A stretch of 64,000 bases of DNA from an uncultured Pseudomonadota bacterium (GTDB lineage Bacteria; Oederibacteriota; Muellerivitia; Muellerivitales; Muellerivitaceae). Positions 41,230 to 50,767 of the stretch are shown here, one piece after another; within the stretch, counting starts at the first letter, position 1, and every line of letters begins with the position of its first letter. The translations under genes were made by a program, and so were the position numbers. The notes below the pieces were generated by a model. It was not told where the DNA came from. It was given only the letters and a program-made list of their open reading frames with translations, and made no database searches. The stretch lies in the NCBI GenBank assembly GCA_963836235.1, contig CAWIIP010000001.1:64001-128000 (forward strand), written 5' to 3'.

Positions 41230-41718
41230 AATCACCTCACTCAAGATAATGAATAATGGATTATCTTACTAAACCCTGGAAGGTTCAAGGAAGCCGTGAA
41301 AAAACTCACACATACGGCTGTTTTTATTTAATGTCTTAACTCAGTGCATTTTAACACCTTTGAAAATATCCAAACTTAGTTCTCGTGGTTCATTTGCGGT
41401 TGTTTTTATGGATGGAGAATGGTTTTAAAATCCCCTTAATTGAGTTGTCCTGTCAAAAGGAGGGGGCGTGTTGAAGTTTTTCCAAGTGTCTAATATGGGA
41501 TAATTATTTTGGAAAATAGTATTAGATAAAAAAGTTTCAAAATTCCCGTTTTAAACATACAAAAAAATTCCTCGCAATTTGACCGCTTTGTTTGACCTGG
41601 CTTTGGTTTTACCGCTTGTTCTCCGATAACGTAGCCCTTACGATAGGGCCGAAATCGGTTATTTTCCCGCTTTGAATTTGAAATTGATTCACTAAGTCTG
41701 CGCTATAAGGAGATTTTC

Positions 41719-42759
41719 TTGAAATCCACTAAATCCGTTACTTATAAATCCGCCGGTGTGAATATTGACGCGGGCAATGAAACTGTCAACCGCATCAAAA
41801 AACAAGTCGCTTCAACATTCAATGAAAATGTCCTTTCCGATATCGGCCTTTTTGGCGGGTTGTTCGAATTCAAAGCCAAAAAGTACAAAAAACCGGTGTT
41901 TGTTTCTTCTACTGACGGGGTGGGAACCAAAATTCAAATCGGCGTTGCCATGAGGAGATACAAGGGTCTGGGGCGGGACATCGTGGGCCATTCCATCAAT
42001 GACATACTCGTGCAGGGAGCTAAACCCCTCTTTTTTCTTGATTACCTTGCGGCTGGAAAATTGGATCCAGCGGTGGTCGAAGAGATTGTTTCTGGAATGG
42101 CGGAAGAATGCCGGAAAGCAGGAGTTGCCCTTATTGGAGGGGAAACCGCTGAAATGCCCTCAGTTTACCGGGAAGGGGATTATGACATTGCGGGAACCAT
42201 TGTTGGGGTGGTGGAAAAGAAAAAAATTATTCGGGGGGAAGAGGTGGAACCGGGAGACGTTTGCATCGGATTGCCATCTGTTTCCCTTCACACCAACGGT
42301 TATTCCCTAGCCCGCAAAATTGTCTTGGACGTGGCGGGATTGAAGTACACCGACCGCGTACCTGAATTGAACGGAGTGATTGGAGACATCCTACTAACGC
42401 CCCATAAATCATATTTCCATGAAATCTACCCGATATTAGATGAAGTGAATATTAAGGCGATGGCCCACATTACGGGTGGAGGATTGATTGATAACCCGCC
42501 GCGCGTGCTTCCGGAAGGTTGCCGTATCCGGTTTAAAGAAGGGTCCTGGAAGGTTTTGCCAATCATGGACTGGCTTGTTAAAAACGGAAATGTTCCCAAG
42601 GAAGATGCCTACAGAACTTTCAATATGGGGTTAGGTATGGTGTTAATTGTGAGCCCAAAGAAGGTGGAAAAGGCTTTGAAAAAGCTCCGTAAGAATGGCG
42701 CTAATCCCGTGGTTGTCGGAGAGGTCATTGAGGGGAAAAAAGGCGTGGAATTCGTCTGA
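41719..42759 (+). CDS. purM: AIR synthase
   Basis: TYKSAGVNI, STDGVGTK, GGETAEMP, HTNGYSL, HITGGG, TFNMG. Confidence 0.97.
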   Translation: MKSTKSVTYKSAGVNIDAGNETVNRIKKQVASTFNENVLSDIGLFGGLFEFKAKKYKKPVFVSSTDGVGTKIQIGVAMRRYKGLGRDIVGHSINDILVQGAKPLFFLDYLAAGKLDPAVVEEIVSGMAEECRKAGVALIGGETAEMPSVYREGDYDIAGTIVGVVEKKKIIRGEEVEPGDVCIGLPSVSLHTNGYSLARKIVLDVAGLKYTDRVPELNGVIGDILLTPHKSYFHEIYPILDEVNIKAMAHITGGGLIDNPPRVLPEGCRIRFKEGSWKVLPIMDWLVKNGNVPKEDAYRTFNMGLGMVLIVSPKKVEKALKKLRKNGANPVVVGEVIEGKKGVEFV

Positions 42760-42837
42760 CTTCTATTCAATTTGGTGTGCCACAAGTCTTTAGCCTTTTT
42801 GAAAAGTCCGTGATCCGGTTCTCACCTGTGGAACTTT

Positions 42838-44877
42838 ATGGATGAAATAAAAAAAAGTTCGAATGGAATGCATGGGTGGATTTTGGCCTTGGAGCGGGCA
42901 CCTCAGTTCCTTGCGGTTCTGCTAATTTTTATCCTGCCTTTCTTGACTCAATGGCAAGGTACCGACAAGCTTTTTCCAAAGTGGGCTATTACCCAACTCC
43001 TGATATTACTCATGCTCAGCACCTGGGTCATCAAGGTGGCTATAACCGGGAAATTAACTTGGGTCTATTCCCGGGCTCATCTGATTTTGTTGATTCTGAT
43101 GATTTGGATTGTCCTGACTTGTTTTCTTTCCCCCTATCCCCAAGCCGGTCTTTTAGCCATGCGGGACGATGTGGTTTATCCCCTTTGGTACCTGCTATTG
43201 ACCTTTACCTGTATCGAGCTTTGGCAGGCTGAAAACCTTTTAATCGTGTTACTTATTTCAGGGCTTGCGACGTGTCTTTGGGCTATAAGCCAGGCTCTGG
43301 GTCTGGGGACCGGGCCTTGGGAAACGCTAGTTAAAACTCAGTTTAGCGGAAGAGTCATCGCGGGGATGGGGAATCCGGACTTTCTGGCCGGCTATTTACT
43401 CATGATTTGGCCCCCGGTCCTTGCCCTCTTATTTCGGGCTGGGATGAAGTTTTCCAGGATTTTTTGGAGTTTTTTATTAATGGTCTGTCTTTTTGCCCTT
43501 TTATTCACGGGCAGTCAAACAGGATATTTGGGTTTTTTTGCGGGTGTATTGGTTTTTTCTTTTTTTAGTTTTAAAGACCAGGTGAAGGGTGCCTTCCCTT
43601 GGTTATTGGTCCTTTTGGGTTTTCTGACACTTTCTTTTTTCCTACCGCCTATGTCGGGACGGCTTCAGGAACTACTGAGTAAGAAAAGCGAAGTTTTCCC
43701 ATTTCAAGAACAAGTTTGGTCGGGAACTTTGGACATGGTGAAGAAAAGTCCTATTTTCGGCGTTGGATACGGAGCCTTTGCGTCGGTTTTTCCCGCGCAC
43801 CGGCCTGCTTGGCTGGGGCTTCACCAGGTTGAGAAAACGGATGGCGGAAATCATGCCTACAATTGGGTCTTGGAATGGACTGCCGAGACGGGTGTGGTTG
43901 GGTTATTGCTGTTGCTAGCTTTCTGGTTTTATGTTCTTGCCCAATGGTGGAGACTTTACAACGCCAATGCCATTCCCAAGGTTTTGGCGATAGGTTTCTT
44001 CGCGGTAGTTTCGGGAGTGGCTGTTGATAACCTTTTTGAAGCGAACAGTTCTGAACCTTTCATCCTGATGCCGTTACTTTTCCTGGCGGCTTTCCCGGTT
44101 GCGCTTTCCCAAAGGTTTTATCGAATAGAAGGTTTCCCGGTCCGACTCAAAGAATTGAACCTTTCGAAATTCAAAGCCTTTCTTTTACCATTGGCGGTTG
44201 TAATTATCTTTTTGGCGTTTTTTCAAATTGTGGATGTTTTTAAGCGCCAGGAAGCGGATATCCTTTGTGAAAAGGCGGCAGTTTCAACCCAATTAGGAAA
44301 ATGGGATGAAGCTCTTGAGCTCTATACCCAGGCTTTAAAATTGGATCCATCGAACTTTGAAACCCGCTATTTACAGGGTTCGGTCTATCTGGACCGGGAC
44401 AAAGAAGGAGACTTGGAGGCCGCATTGGCGGATTTTAACACCTTAGATCCGGTGGCTCCGGACTACCAGCTTATTCATTTCAAAAAATATGAGGTTTTGA
44501 ATTCCTTGAAACGAGAGGAAGAAGCCAAAACCGAATTAAAACGCGCCGTTCGTTTGGACTCGACGCTGATTTATCTCTTGGATGATTTCAAAAAGGCGAG
44601 ACAACTCACCGCGAGCGACCATCTTTCCGAAGCATTAGTCGTTTATCAAGGGTTGATTTTAGATTATCCTACCTGCGTTCCGATGTTGATTGACTACGCC
44701 AACTGCCTCGCCTTATCCCAAGATTACGAGTCGGCTATCAATCTTTATCGAAGCGTATTAGTCTTGGATCCTGGAAACGTTAAAGCCTCCGACGACCTTC
44801 AGAAGGTGCAAGAGATTACGCTGAGAGCCCAAGAGTTGAATCGTCCCAAAGCAAATGTTCTGGGAAGCGAATTGTAA
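42838..44877 (+). CDS. O-antigen ligase (WaaL/Wzy_C)-like membrane protein with C-terminal TPRs
   Basis: About 12 TM segments, R....GNPDFLAGYL, W...LDMVKKSPIFGVGYG, HAYN..LEW..ETGVVG, then TPR repeats. Confidence 0.8.
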   Translation: MDEIKKSSNGMHGWILALERAPQFLAVLLIFILPFLTQWQGTDKLFPKWAITQLLILLMLSTWVIKVAITGKLTWVYSRAHLILLILMIWIVLTCFLSPYPQAGLLAMRDDVVYPLWYLLLTFTCIELWQAENLLIVLLISGLATCLWAISQALGLGTGPWETLVKTQFSGRVIAGMGNPDFLAGYLLMIWPPVLALLFRAGMKFSRIFWSFLLMVCLFALLFTGSQTGYLGFFAGVLVFSFFSFKDQVKGAFPWLLVLLGFLTLSFFLPPMSGRLQELLSKKSEVFPFQEQVWSGTLDMVKKSPIFGVGYGAFASVFPAHRPAWLGLHQVEKTDGGNHAYNWVLEWTAETGVVGLLLLLAFWFYVLAQWWRLYNANAIPKVLAIGFFAVVSGVAVDNLFEANSSEPFILMPLLFLAAFPVALSQRFYRIEGFPVRLKELNLSKFKAFLLPLAVVIIFLAFFQIVDVFKRQEADILCEKAAVSTQLGKWDEALELYTQALKLDPSNFETRYLQGSVYLDRDKEGDLEAALADFNTLDPVAPDYQLIHFKKYEVLNSLKREEEAKTELKRAVRLDSTLIYLLDDFKKARQLTASDHLSEALVVYQGLILDYPTCVPMLIDYANCLALSQDYESAINLYRSVLVLDPGNVKASDDLQKVQEITLRAQELNRPKANVLGSEL

Positions 44878-44900
44878 GGTAAAAGTTCAGGAGCTTTTTT

Positions 44901-45524
44901 TTGATTAAAATAGCTATATTTGCTTCAGGGGGCGGCTCAAACCTTCAGGCACTGATCGATGGGCAAGATACGGGGCTTTTTAAGGGTAAAATCGGTCTGG
45001 TTTTCTCCAATGTGCCGGAATCGGGGGCCATGGAACGGGCCGAGAACCAGCGTATCGAATCCGTCGCCATTGCCAGCAAAGGATATCCGGGGAGTCGGGA
45101 AGAGTACGACCGGGAAGTTTTGGAACTTTGCCAACACAAGAAAATTGACCTGATTTGCCTTGCCGGGTATATGCGAATCCTGACGCCGGTTTTGATCAAA
45201 CCCTATTTGTATAAGGTGATGAATATCCACCCAGCCCTCCTGCCGAAATTTGGTGGGGAAGGTATGTATGGTCACCATGTGCATGAGGCGGTGATTAAAG
45301 CGAAAGAAAAAGAATCGGGCGCCACAGTGCATTTTGTGACCGAGGGGGTGGATGCGGGCCCTATTATCCTACAAGGAAATGTAAGGGTTTTGCCCAATGA
45401 CACGACTCAAACCCTGGCTGAAAAGGTTTTAAAAGTGGAGCATCATCTTTACCCGGAAGCGGTTCGGTTGTTTTGTGCGGGGAAAATTAAAGTAAGTGAC
45501 GGACGAGTGAAAATATTGCCTTAA
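44901..45524 (+). CDS. purN: Phosphoribosylglycinamide formyltransferase
   Basis: SGGGSNLQA, LAGYMRIL, NIHPALLP, GATVHFV, DAGPII. Confidence 0.96.
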   Translation: MIKIAIFASGGGSNLQALIDGQDTGLFKGKIGLVFSNVPESGAMERAENQRIESVAIASKGYPGSREEYDREVLELCQHKKIDLICLAGYMRILTPVLIKPYLYKVMNIHPALLPKFGGEGMYGHHVHEAVIKAKEKESGATVHFVTEGVDAGPIILQGNVRVLPNDTTQTLAEKVLKVEHHLYPEAVRLFCAGKIKVSDGRVKILP

Positions 45525-45534
45525 AAGGTGTCCT

Positions 45535-46086
45535 GTGAAAGAAACCCCGTTGTTACCGCAGATTATTAAAACTTCTAAATCTGCAAGGTTATTTGGTGGA
45601 ATTGGGTCTGCGATTTTGATTTTCTTTATATTCCTTATCCCTTTGTTTGCATTGAAACCGCTTGGTTTAAATGACCTTTTGATGGTCGCTTTTGGCCTTT
45701 GTTCTTTGGCTTTATTACTTTTGCTGAAATGTTTTCAAAGTGTTCATTGTTCAGAAGAAGGGCTGGAGTTTTTTAAACTTATTTTTAAAACAAAGAAAAT
45801 ATTATGGGATGAAATAGAGAAAGCGGAATTTGTTCGAAAAACAGGTTCTTATCAACTGACCTTTTATCCATATTCCATTATAAAATTTACTGTTAAAGAT
45901 GGTGGAAGTTTTGAATTGGTAAACAGCATTTTTTTTAACTTGAAGGATGTTTTGATCATTTGCGATTTGTTGAAAATGAAAGCGTTTAATGCTGATGTGA
46001 ATATCGATTCAAAGATGGTGGCGAAAGAGTTTGTTGTTGAAAAAAATTATGGAAATGGTGAGAGAAAATGTCTGAAGACAAAGTGA
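45535..46086 (+). CDS. AT-rich hypothetical 2-TM membrane protein
   Basis: Two N-terminal TM helices and a soluble domain (KILWDEI). Low GC; overlaps the purH start by 19 nt. Confidence 0.65.
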   Translation: MKETPLLPQIIKTSKSARLFGGIGSAILIFFIFLIPLFALKPLGLNDLLMVAFGLCSLALLLLLKCFQSVHCSEEGLEFFKLIFKTKKILWDEIEKAEFVRKTGSYQLTFYPYSIIKFTVKDGGSFELVNSIFFNLKDVLIICDLLKMKAFNADVNIDSKMVAKEFVVEKNYGNGERKCLKTK

Positions 46087-47642
46087 AAATTAAAAGAGCG
46101 TTATTGAGCGTTTCGGACAAAACGGGATTGATTGATTTTGCCAAGCAATTGGTTGGACACGGGGCGGAGCTCATTTCAACAGGGGGAACCGCCAAAGCTA
46201 TTAAGAACGCTGGTTTGGCCGTGAAGGATATTTCTGAAGTCACTGGTTTTCCCGAAATGTTGGACGGCCGGGTGAAGACCCTGCATCCAGTGGTACATGG
46301 CGGCCTCCTGTCTCTTCGCGACAATAAAGAACACATGGAAACCATCGCCAAACACAATATAAAGCCTATCGACTTGGTTTGTGTGAACCTCTATCCTTTC
46401 GAAGCTACGATTTCTAAACCCAACGTCGAACTCCACGAGGCCATTGAGAACATAGATATTGGCGGCCCGTCCATGATCCGCTCAGCGTCTAAAAACTACC
46501 GAAGTGTCACCGTGGTGACTTCGGCCTCCCAATACGCGGCGGTGGTCCGGGAAATGACTGAAAATAATGGGGCGACCACGTTTAAACTGCGGCAGGAACT
46601 GGCCATTGAGGCTTTTGGTAACACGGCCCGTTATGACGGAACCATTCATGAATACCTGCACCGCCGCCTTTCCGAAAAGAAATGGCCGGATATCTTCACG
46701 ATATCGGGGTTGAAAGTCCAAGAAATGCGTTACGGAGAGAATCCCCATCAGCCGGCAGCCTTTTATAAAGACCGCAATAATGCTTTGCCGACTATCGCCA
46801 ATGGCAAACAGTTGCAGGGCAAGGAACTTTCCTACAACAACATCATGGATGCGGACGCGGCCCTAGCCTTGGTGAAAGAATTTGACGATCCAGCCGCTAC
46901 AATCATCAAACACACGAATCCATGTGGAACAGCCATTGGTACGGATGTTGCGGAAGCCTTTGCCAAGGCCTTCGCTTCGGATTCCTTATCCGCTTTTGGG
47001 GGCATCGTGGCGGTCAACCGTCCGGTCACCGAAAATACAGCCAAGATGATTTTAGAGAAGCTGAGCTTTTTCGAGATTATGCTGGCACCGTCCTACGACG
47101 AAGGGGTTTTGAAGGCTTTCGAAGCACGGAAAAACTTGAGGGTCATGTCGGTGGAAGGTTTGGGCAGATCGAAAGAAATCATCCCCGGTTACCATGTGCG
47201 CCGGGTGGAAGGCGGCTTCCTGGTACAAGATTTCGACCAGGCGGTGGAGGATAAGGCCCAATTTAAGGTCGTGACCCAGGCACATCCTGATCCGAAACTG
47301 GCTAAAGACATGGATTTCGGTTGGAAACTGGTGAAGCATGTGAAGTCTAACGGTATCGTTCTGGTCAAGAATGGGGTTTCCATTGGAGTTGGCGCCGGCC
47401 AGATGAACCGGGTCGGATCTTTGGAAATTGCCATCAAACAGGCGGGAGATATGGCCAAGGGAAGTGTGATGGCGTCCGACGCCTTATTACCCTTCCGGGA
47501 TAGCGTGGATGCCTGTGCCAAGGCGGGAGTGGCGGCGATTATTCAAACCGGGGGAAGCGTGAGAGATGGGGAAGTCATCGAGGCCGCCAACCAGCATGGG
47601 ATTCCAATGATTTTTACAACTTATCGGCATTTCAAGCATTAA
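46068..47642 (+). CDS. purH: Bifunctional AICAR transformylase/IMP cyclohydrolase
   Basis: RALLSVSDK, GRVKTLHP, RYGENPHQ, KHTNPCG, RHFKH. Confidence 0.97.
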   Translation: MSEDKVKIKRALLSVSDKTGLIDFAKQLVGHGAELISTGGTAKAIKNAGLAVKDISEVTGFPEMLDGRVKTLHPVVHGGLLSLRDNKEHMETIAKHNIKPIDLVCVNLYPFEATISKPNVELHEAIENIDIGGPSMIRSASKNYRSVTVVTSASQYAAVVREMTENNGATTFKLRQELAIEAFGNTARYDGTIHEYLHRRLSEKKWPDIFTISGLKVQEMRYGENPHQPAAFYKDRNNALPTIANGKQLQGKELSYNNIMDADAALALVKEFDDPAATIIKHTNPCGTAIGTDVAEAFAKAFASDSLSAFGGIVAVNRPVTENTAKMILEKLSFFEIMLAPSYDEGVLKAFEARKNLRVMSVEGLGRSKEIIPGYHVRRVEGGFLVQDFDQAVEDKAQFKVVTQAHPDPKLAKDMDFGWKLVKHVKSNGIVLVKNGVSIGVGAGQMNRVGSLEIAIKQAGDMAKGSVMASDALLPFRDSVDACAKAGVAAIIQTGGSVRDGEVIEAANQHGIPMIFTTYRHFKH

Positions 47643-47660
47643 CAATAGAACCTAACTTGT

Positions 47661-48950
47661 TTGGAGGTTGGCTTGGATATTTTGGTTGTTGGTTCGGGTG
47701 GCCGGGAGCATGCCATGTGCTGGGCGCTTTCCAAATCCATTAGAAAACCCAAACTCTATTGCGCCCCGGGAAACGCCGGAATCGCCCAATTGGCCGAATG
47801 CCTGGATATCTTGGCAGATGACATTCCCTCACTAGTGAAATGGGTAAAAGATCACGATCCCCATTTAGTTGTGATCGGCCCAGAAGTTCCCCTTTGCATG
47901 GGTTTGGCGGATGAGCTTTTAAAGGAAGGTTTCCAGGTTTTCGGACCCACCAAAGATGGAGCCCAAATGGAGGGAAGTAAGGATTTCGCCAAGAGGATTC
48001 TCCTGGATAACCATATTCCCACCGCAAAAGCCCAGACCTTTACCGACTATAAAAAAGCCTTAACCTATTTGCGAGCCCAAGGGGCGCCGATTGTCATCAA
48101 GGCAGACGGATTGGCCGCCGGCAAAGGGGTGACGGTTTGCGAAACGCTTCCACAAGCCGAGGCGGCTTTAGAAGAATCCATGAAGAAGAAAGTTTTCGGC
48201 GATGCGGGTTCAAAAGTCGTCATTGAAGAATTTTTAGAAGGCGAAGAGGCCTCGATTCTCGCTTTTGTTGACGGAGAAACGATAGTGCCCATGGTGAGCG
48301 CCCAGGACCATAAACGTGTCTTTGACGGCGACCAGGGGCCTAATACGGGCGGTATGGGGTCCTATTCACCCGCTCCAGTTGTTACGGAGAAACTAAATGA
48401 GGAGATACTAGAGAAAATTCTGAAGCCCACCGTAGCCGCGTTGAAACGCTTGGGAATCATCTATAAGGGCGTTTTGTACGCCGGGCTAATGATCACAAAA
48501 GAGGGGCCCAAAGTGATCGAGTACAACTGTCGTTTTGGCGATCCCGAAACCCAAGTGGTTTTACCCCGTTTGAAAACCGATTTTGTGAATATATGCATGG
48601 CGGTAGCCCAAGGTAAACTCTCCCACCTGAAAGTTGAGTGGAACGAAGAGCAAGCGGCTTGCGTAGTGATGGCCTCGCAGGGATATCCAAGTTCTTACCC
48701 CAAAGGAAAAGTCATTGAAGGCCTTGAAAAAGCAGCCCAAAACCCTGATACCTATGTTTTCCATGCTGGAACCGCGTTGGAAGGCGGCAAAGTGGTGACA
48801 TCGGGTGGTCGGGTACTATGTGTGACGGGTGTGGGAAAGACCCTCCAGAAGGCCATCGAAAAGGCTTATGGGGCGGTAAAGGAAATTCGGTTTGACGGAG
48901 CCCATTACCGTAAAGACATCGCTTGGCGTGCCTTGAAAAGCAATCGTTAG
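47661..48950 (+). CDS. purD: Phosphoribosylamine-glycine ligase
   Basis: GSGGREHA, KADGLAAGKGV, QDHKR, NTGGMG, RFGDPE. Confidence 0.97.
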   Translation: MEVGLDILVVGSGGREHAMCWALSKSIRKPKLYCAPGNAGIAQLAECLDILADDIPSLVKWVKDHDPHLVVIGPEVPLCMGLADELLKEGFQVFGPTKDGAQMEGSKDFAKRILLDNHIPTAKAQTFTDYKKALTYLRAQGAPIVIKADGLAAGKGVTVCETLPQAEAALEESMKKKVFGDAGSKVVIEEFLEGEEASILAFVDGETIVPMVSAQDHKRVFDGDQGPNTGGMGSYSPAPVVTEKLNEEILEKILKPTVAALKRLGIIYKGVLYAGLMITKEGPKVIEYNCRFGDPETQVVLPRLKTDFVNICMAVAQGKLSHLKVEWNEEQAACVVMASQGYPSSYPKGKVIEGLEKAAQNPDTYVFHAGTALEGGKVVTSGGRVLCVTGVGKTLQKAIEKAYGAVKEIRFDGAHYRKDIAWRALKSNR

Positions 48951-49128
48951 TCATCACATCTAAAATACATTAAATAGTTTTAGGATTTGGCAGAAGCTTT
49001 GCTTTATCGCGCTTGAACCATGAAAATTTTCAGTTTTTGTGCTGAAAAATCCATATTTCTTTGAGAAGATTAAACCAAGGCTAGATATGTTGATCGAGAA
49101 AGCGTACTTTTGACGAATGGAAAAAAAC

Positions 49129-49782
49129 ATGAGTGAACAAACCAATCTCAAATCATTGCCTTATTCCCCGGCCAACTTGTCGCAAGTTGCGAAAGTCATT
49201 AAGGACGGCGGGATAGCCGTTTTCCCGACTGATACCGTTTACGATATTGGCTGTTCGGTTAAAAAGCTTGAGGCTCTCAAGCGCATCTTCAAACTTAAAG
49301 ATCGTCCCCTCAGCCAGTCCTTGTCCATACTCATTTCCAGGCCCGAAGTCGCCCTTGAAATCGCTGACTTTAAGGATAAAGACCTGGATGTTCTGAAGAA
49401 AATCTGGCCTGGTCCCTGGACGCTGATTACGAAAGCCAAAGCCCAACTAGCCCAAGGCGGAGTAGGGCCGGATGGAACGGTCGCGCTTCGATGTCCCGAC
49501 CATGGGATCGCCCTTGAGCTTTTACGAACTGCGGGGGACACCCTGGCTGTTTCCAGCGCGAACTATTCGGGCGATAAAAGCCCGGTGCGTTTCGACGAGG
49601 TTGATCCAGAAATTCTTGAGAAAGTCGACGTTGCGCTGGACGCGGGGGTTTGCCCCTTGGCGGGTGAAACGGCTATCGCCAAATTCGATAAAAAACGTGT
49701 GACCATTATTCGAACCGGTTGTGTTTCCAAGGAAGAAGTCGCCAGAGTGGAGGCTCTTTTAACCCAGCTGATACAAGAATAA
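49129..49782 (+). CDS. tsaC: L-threonylcarbamoyladenylate synthase (YrdC/TsaC domain)
   Basis: FPTDTVY, KDRP, WPGPWT, ALRCPDH, SSANYSG; no Sua5 C-terminal domain. Confidence 0.8.
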   Translation: MSEQTNLKSLPYSPANLSQVAKVIKDGGIAVFPTDTVYDIGCSVKKLEALKRIFKLKDRPLSQSLSILISRPEVALEIADFKDKDLDVLKKIWPGPWTLITKAKAQLAQGGVGPDGTVALRCPDHGIALELLRTAGDTLAVSSANYSGDKSPVRFDEVDPEILEKVDVALDAGVCPLAGETAIAKFDKKRVTIIRTGCVSKEEVARVEALLTQLIQE

Positions 49783-49800
49783 ACACTAGGGGAAAAAGAG

Positions 49801-50253
49801 TTGCCTAAAAAGGTATTGTTCGTTTGTACTGGAAACACTTGCCGGAGTCCCATGGCTGAGGGCTTGTTGAATAAAATGGCCAGCGAAAACCACATTCCGT
49901 TGGAGGTCCAATCCGCCGGTTTGGCGGCTTTTGTTGGTGTTCCGGCGGCGCCCGAAGCGGTTGAGGCTTGCCGGGAAAAGGGAATCGACATCTCCGGTCA
50001 TCAAAGCCAGCCTTTGAGCAAAACCCTGGTCATGGAAAGCGACTTGATTTTGACCATGACGGAAAAACATAAAGAAATGATCGTTAAGAAGATGCCCGCC
50101 TTGGAAAACAAGGTTTCTCTTTTATCTGAGTTTGCCGGTTCGGGCAGTGAAGATGTGGAAGATCCAGTCGGGATGCCGTTGGAATCCTATCGAAAAACGT
50201 TGGCCCAGATGGAAAGATATCTTGATAAAGCTTTCGAACAGTTTAGAAATTAA
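49801..50253 (+). CDS. ywlE: Low-molecular-weight protein arginine phosphatase (YwlE-like)
   Basis: P-loop CTGNTCRSPMA and DP motif; tsaC-ywlE-rpiB order as in Bacillus ywlC-ywlE-ywlF. Confidence 0.82.
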   Translation: MPKKVLFVCTGNTCRSPMAEGLLNKMASENHIPLEVQSAGLAAFVGVPAAPEAVEACREKGIDISGHQSQPLSKTLVMESDLILTMTEKHKEMIVKKMPALENKVSLLSEFAGSGSEDVEDPVGMPLESYRKTLAQMERYLDKAFEQFRN

Positions 50254-50304
50254 GGCGCGTCGAAGAGCCTTTTAGCGGTTTAAATTGACTCACTTGGGGA
50301 AAAA

Positions 50305-50760
50305 ATGAAAATTGCCATTGGCTCCGATCACGCCGGTTTTGATCTCAAGCAGGTCCTTGTCCAGCATTTGAAACAAGAGGGGTACCAAGTTGAGGACGTG
50401 GGAGCTTATAACGCTGAGTCGAGCGATTATCCGGTTTTCGGGGAAAAGGTCGCCAAGGCCGTAGCGTCCAAAGCGGTAGATCGGGGCATTGTCGTTTGCG
50501 GAAACGGTATCGGTATGTCGATTGTGGCCAACAAGGTACCGGGGGTCCGTGCCGCCTTGGTTTTTACCGAAAAAATGGCTGAACAAACCCGGACTCACAA
50601 TGATTCCAACGTCCTTTCTCTGGCGGGGCGGGATTTGCCCCAGGAAACAAACCTGAAGCTGGCTGATATTTGGCTTAAGACGCCTTTCAGCAACGTGGAT
50701 CGCCACGTCCGTCGGGTGGGTGAAATCAAAGAAATCGAAAAGACGAACCTCAAATCCTAA
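50305..50760 (+). CDS. rpiB: Ribose-5-phosphate isomerase B
   Basis: GSDHAG, DYP, CGNGIGMSIVANK, HNDSNVL, RHVRRV. Confidence 0.94.
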   Translation: MKIAIGSDHAGFDLKQVLVQHLKQEGYQVEDVGAYNAESSDYPVFGEKVAKAVASKAVDRGIVVCGNGIGMSIVANKVPGVRAALVFTEKMAEQTRTHNDSNVLSLAGRDLPQETNLKLADIWLKTPFSNVDRHVRRVGEIKEIEKTNLKS

Positions 50761-50767
50761 CTAAGGC

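Noticed and set aside
41578-41597. CtsR box (TTTGACC twice)
   Set aside because: Spacer is 6 nt instead of 3, and no ctsR is in the window.
43516-43860. RNA editing restoring the ligase catalytic residues (CAA to CGA)
   Set aside because: The His site would need U-to-C editing; ordinary substitution explains the codons; no supporting evidence.
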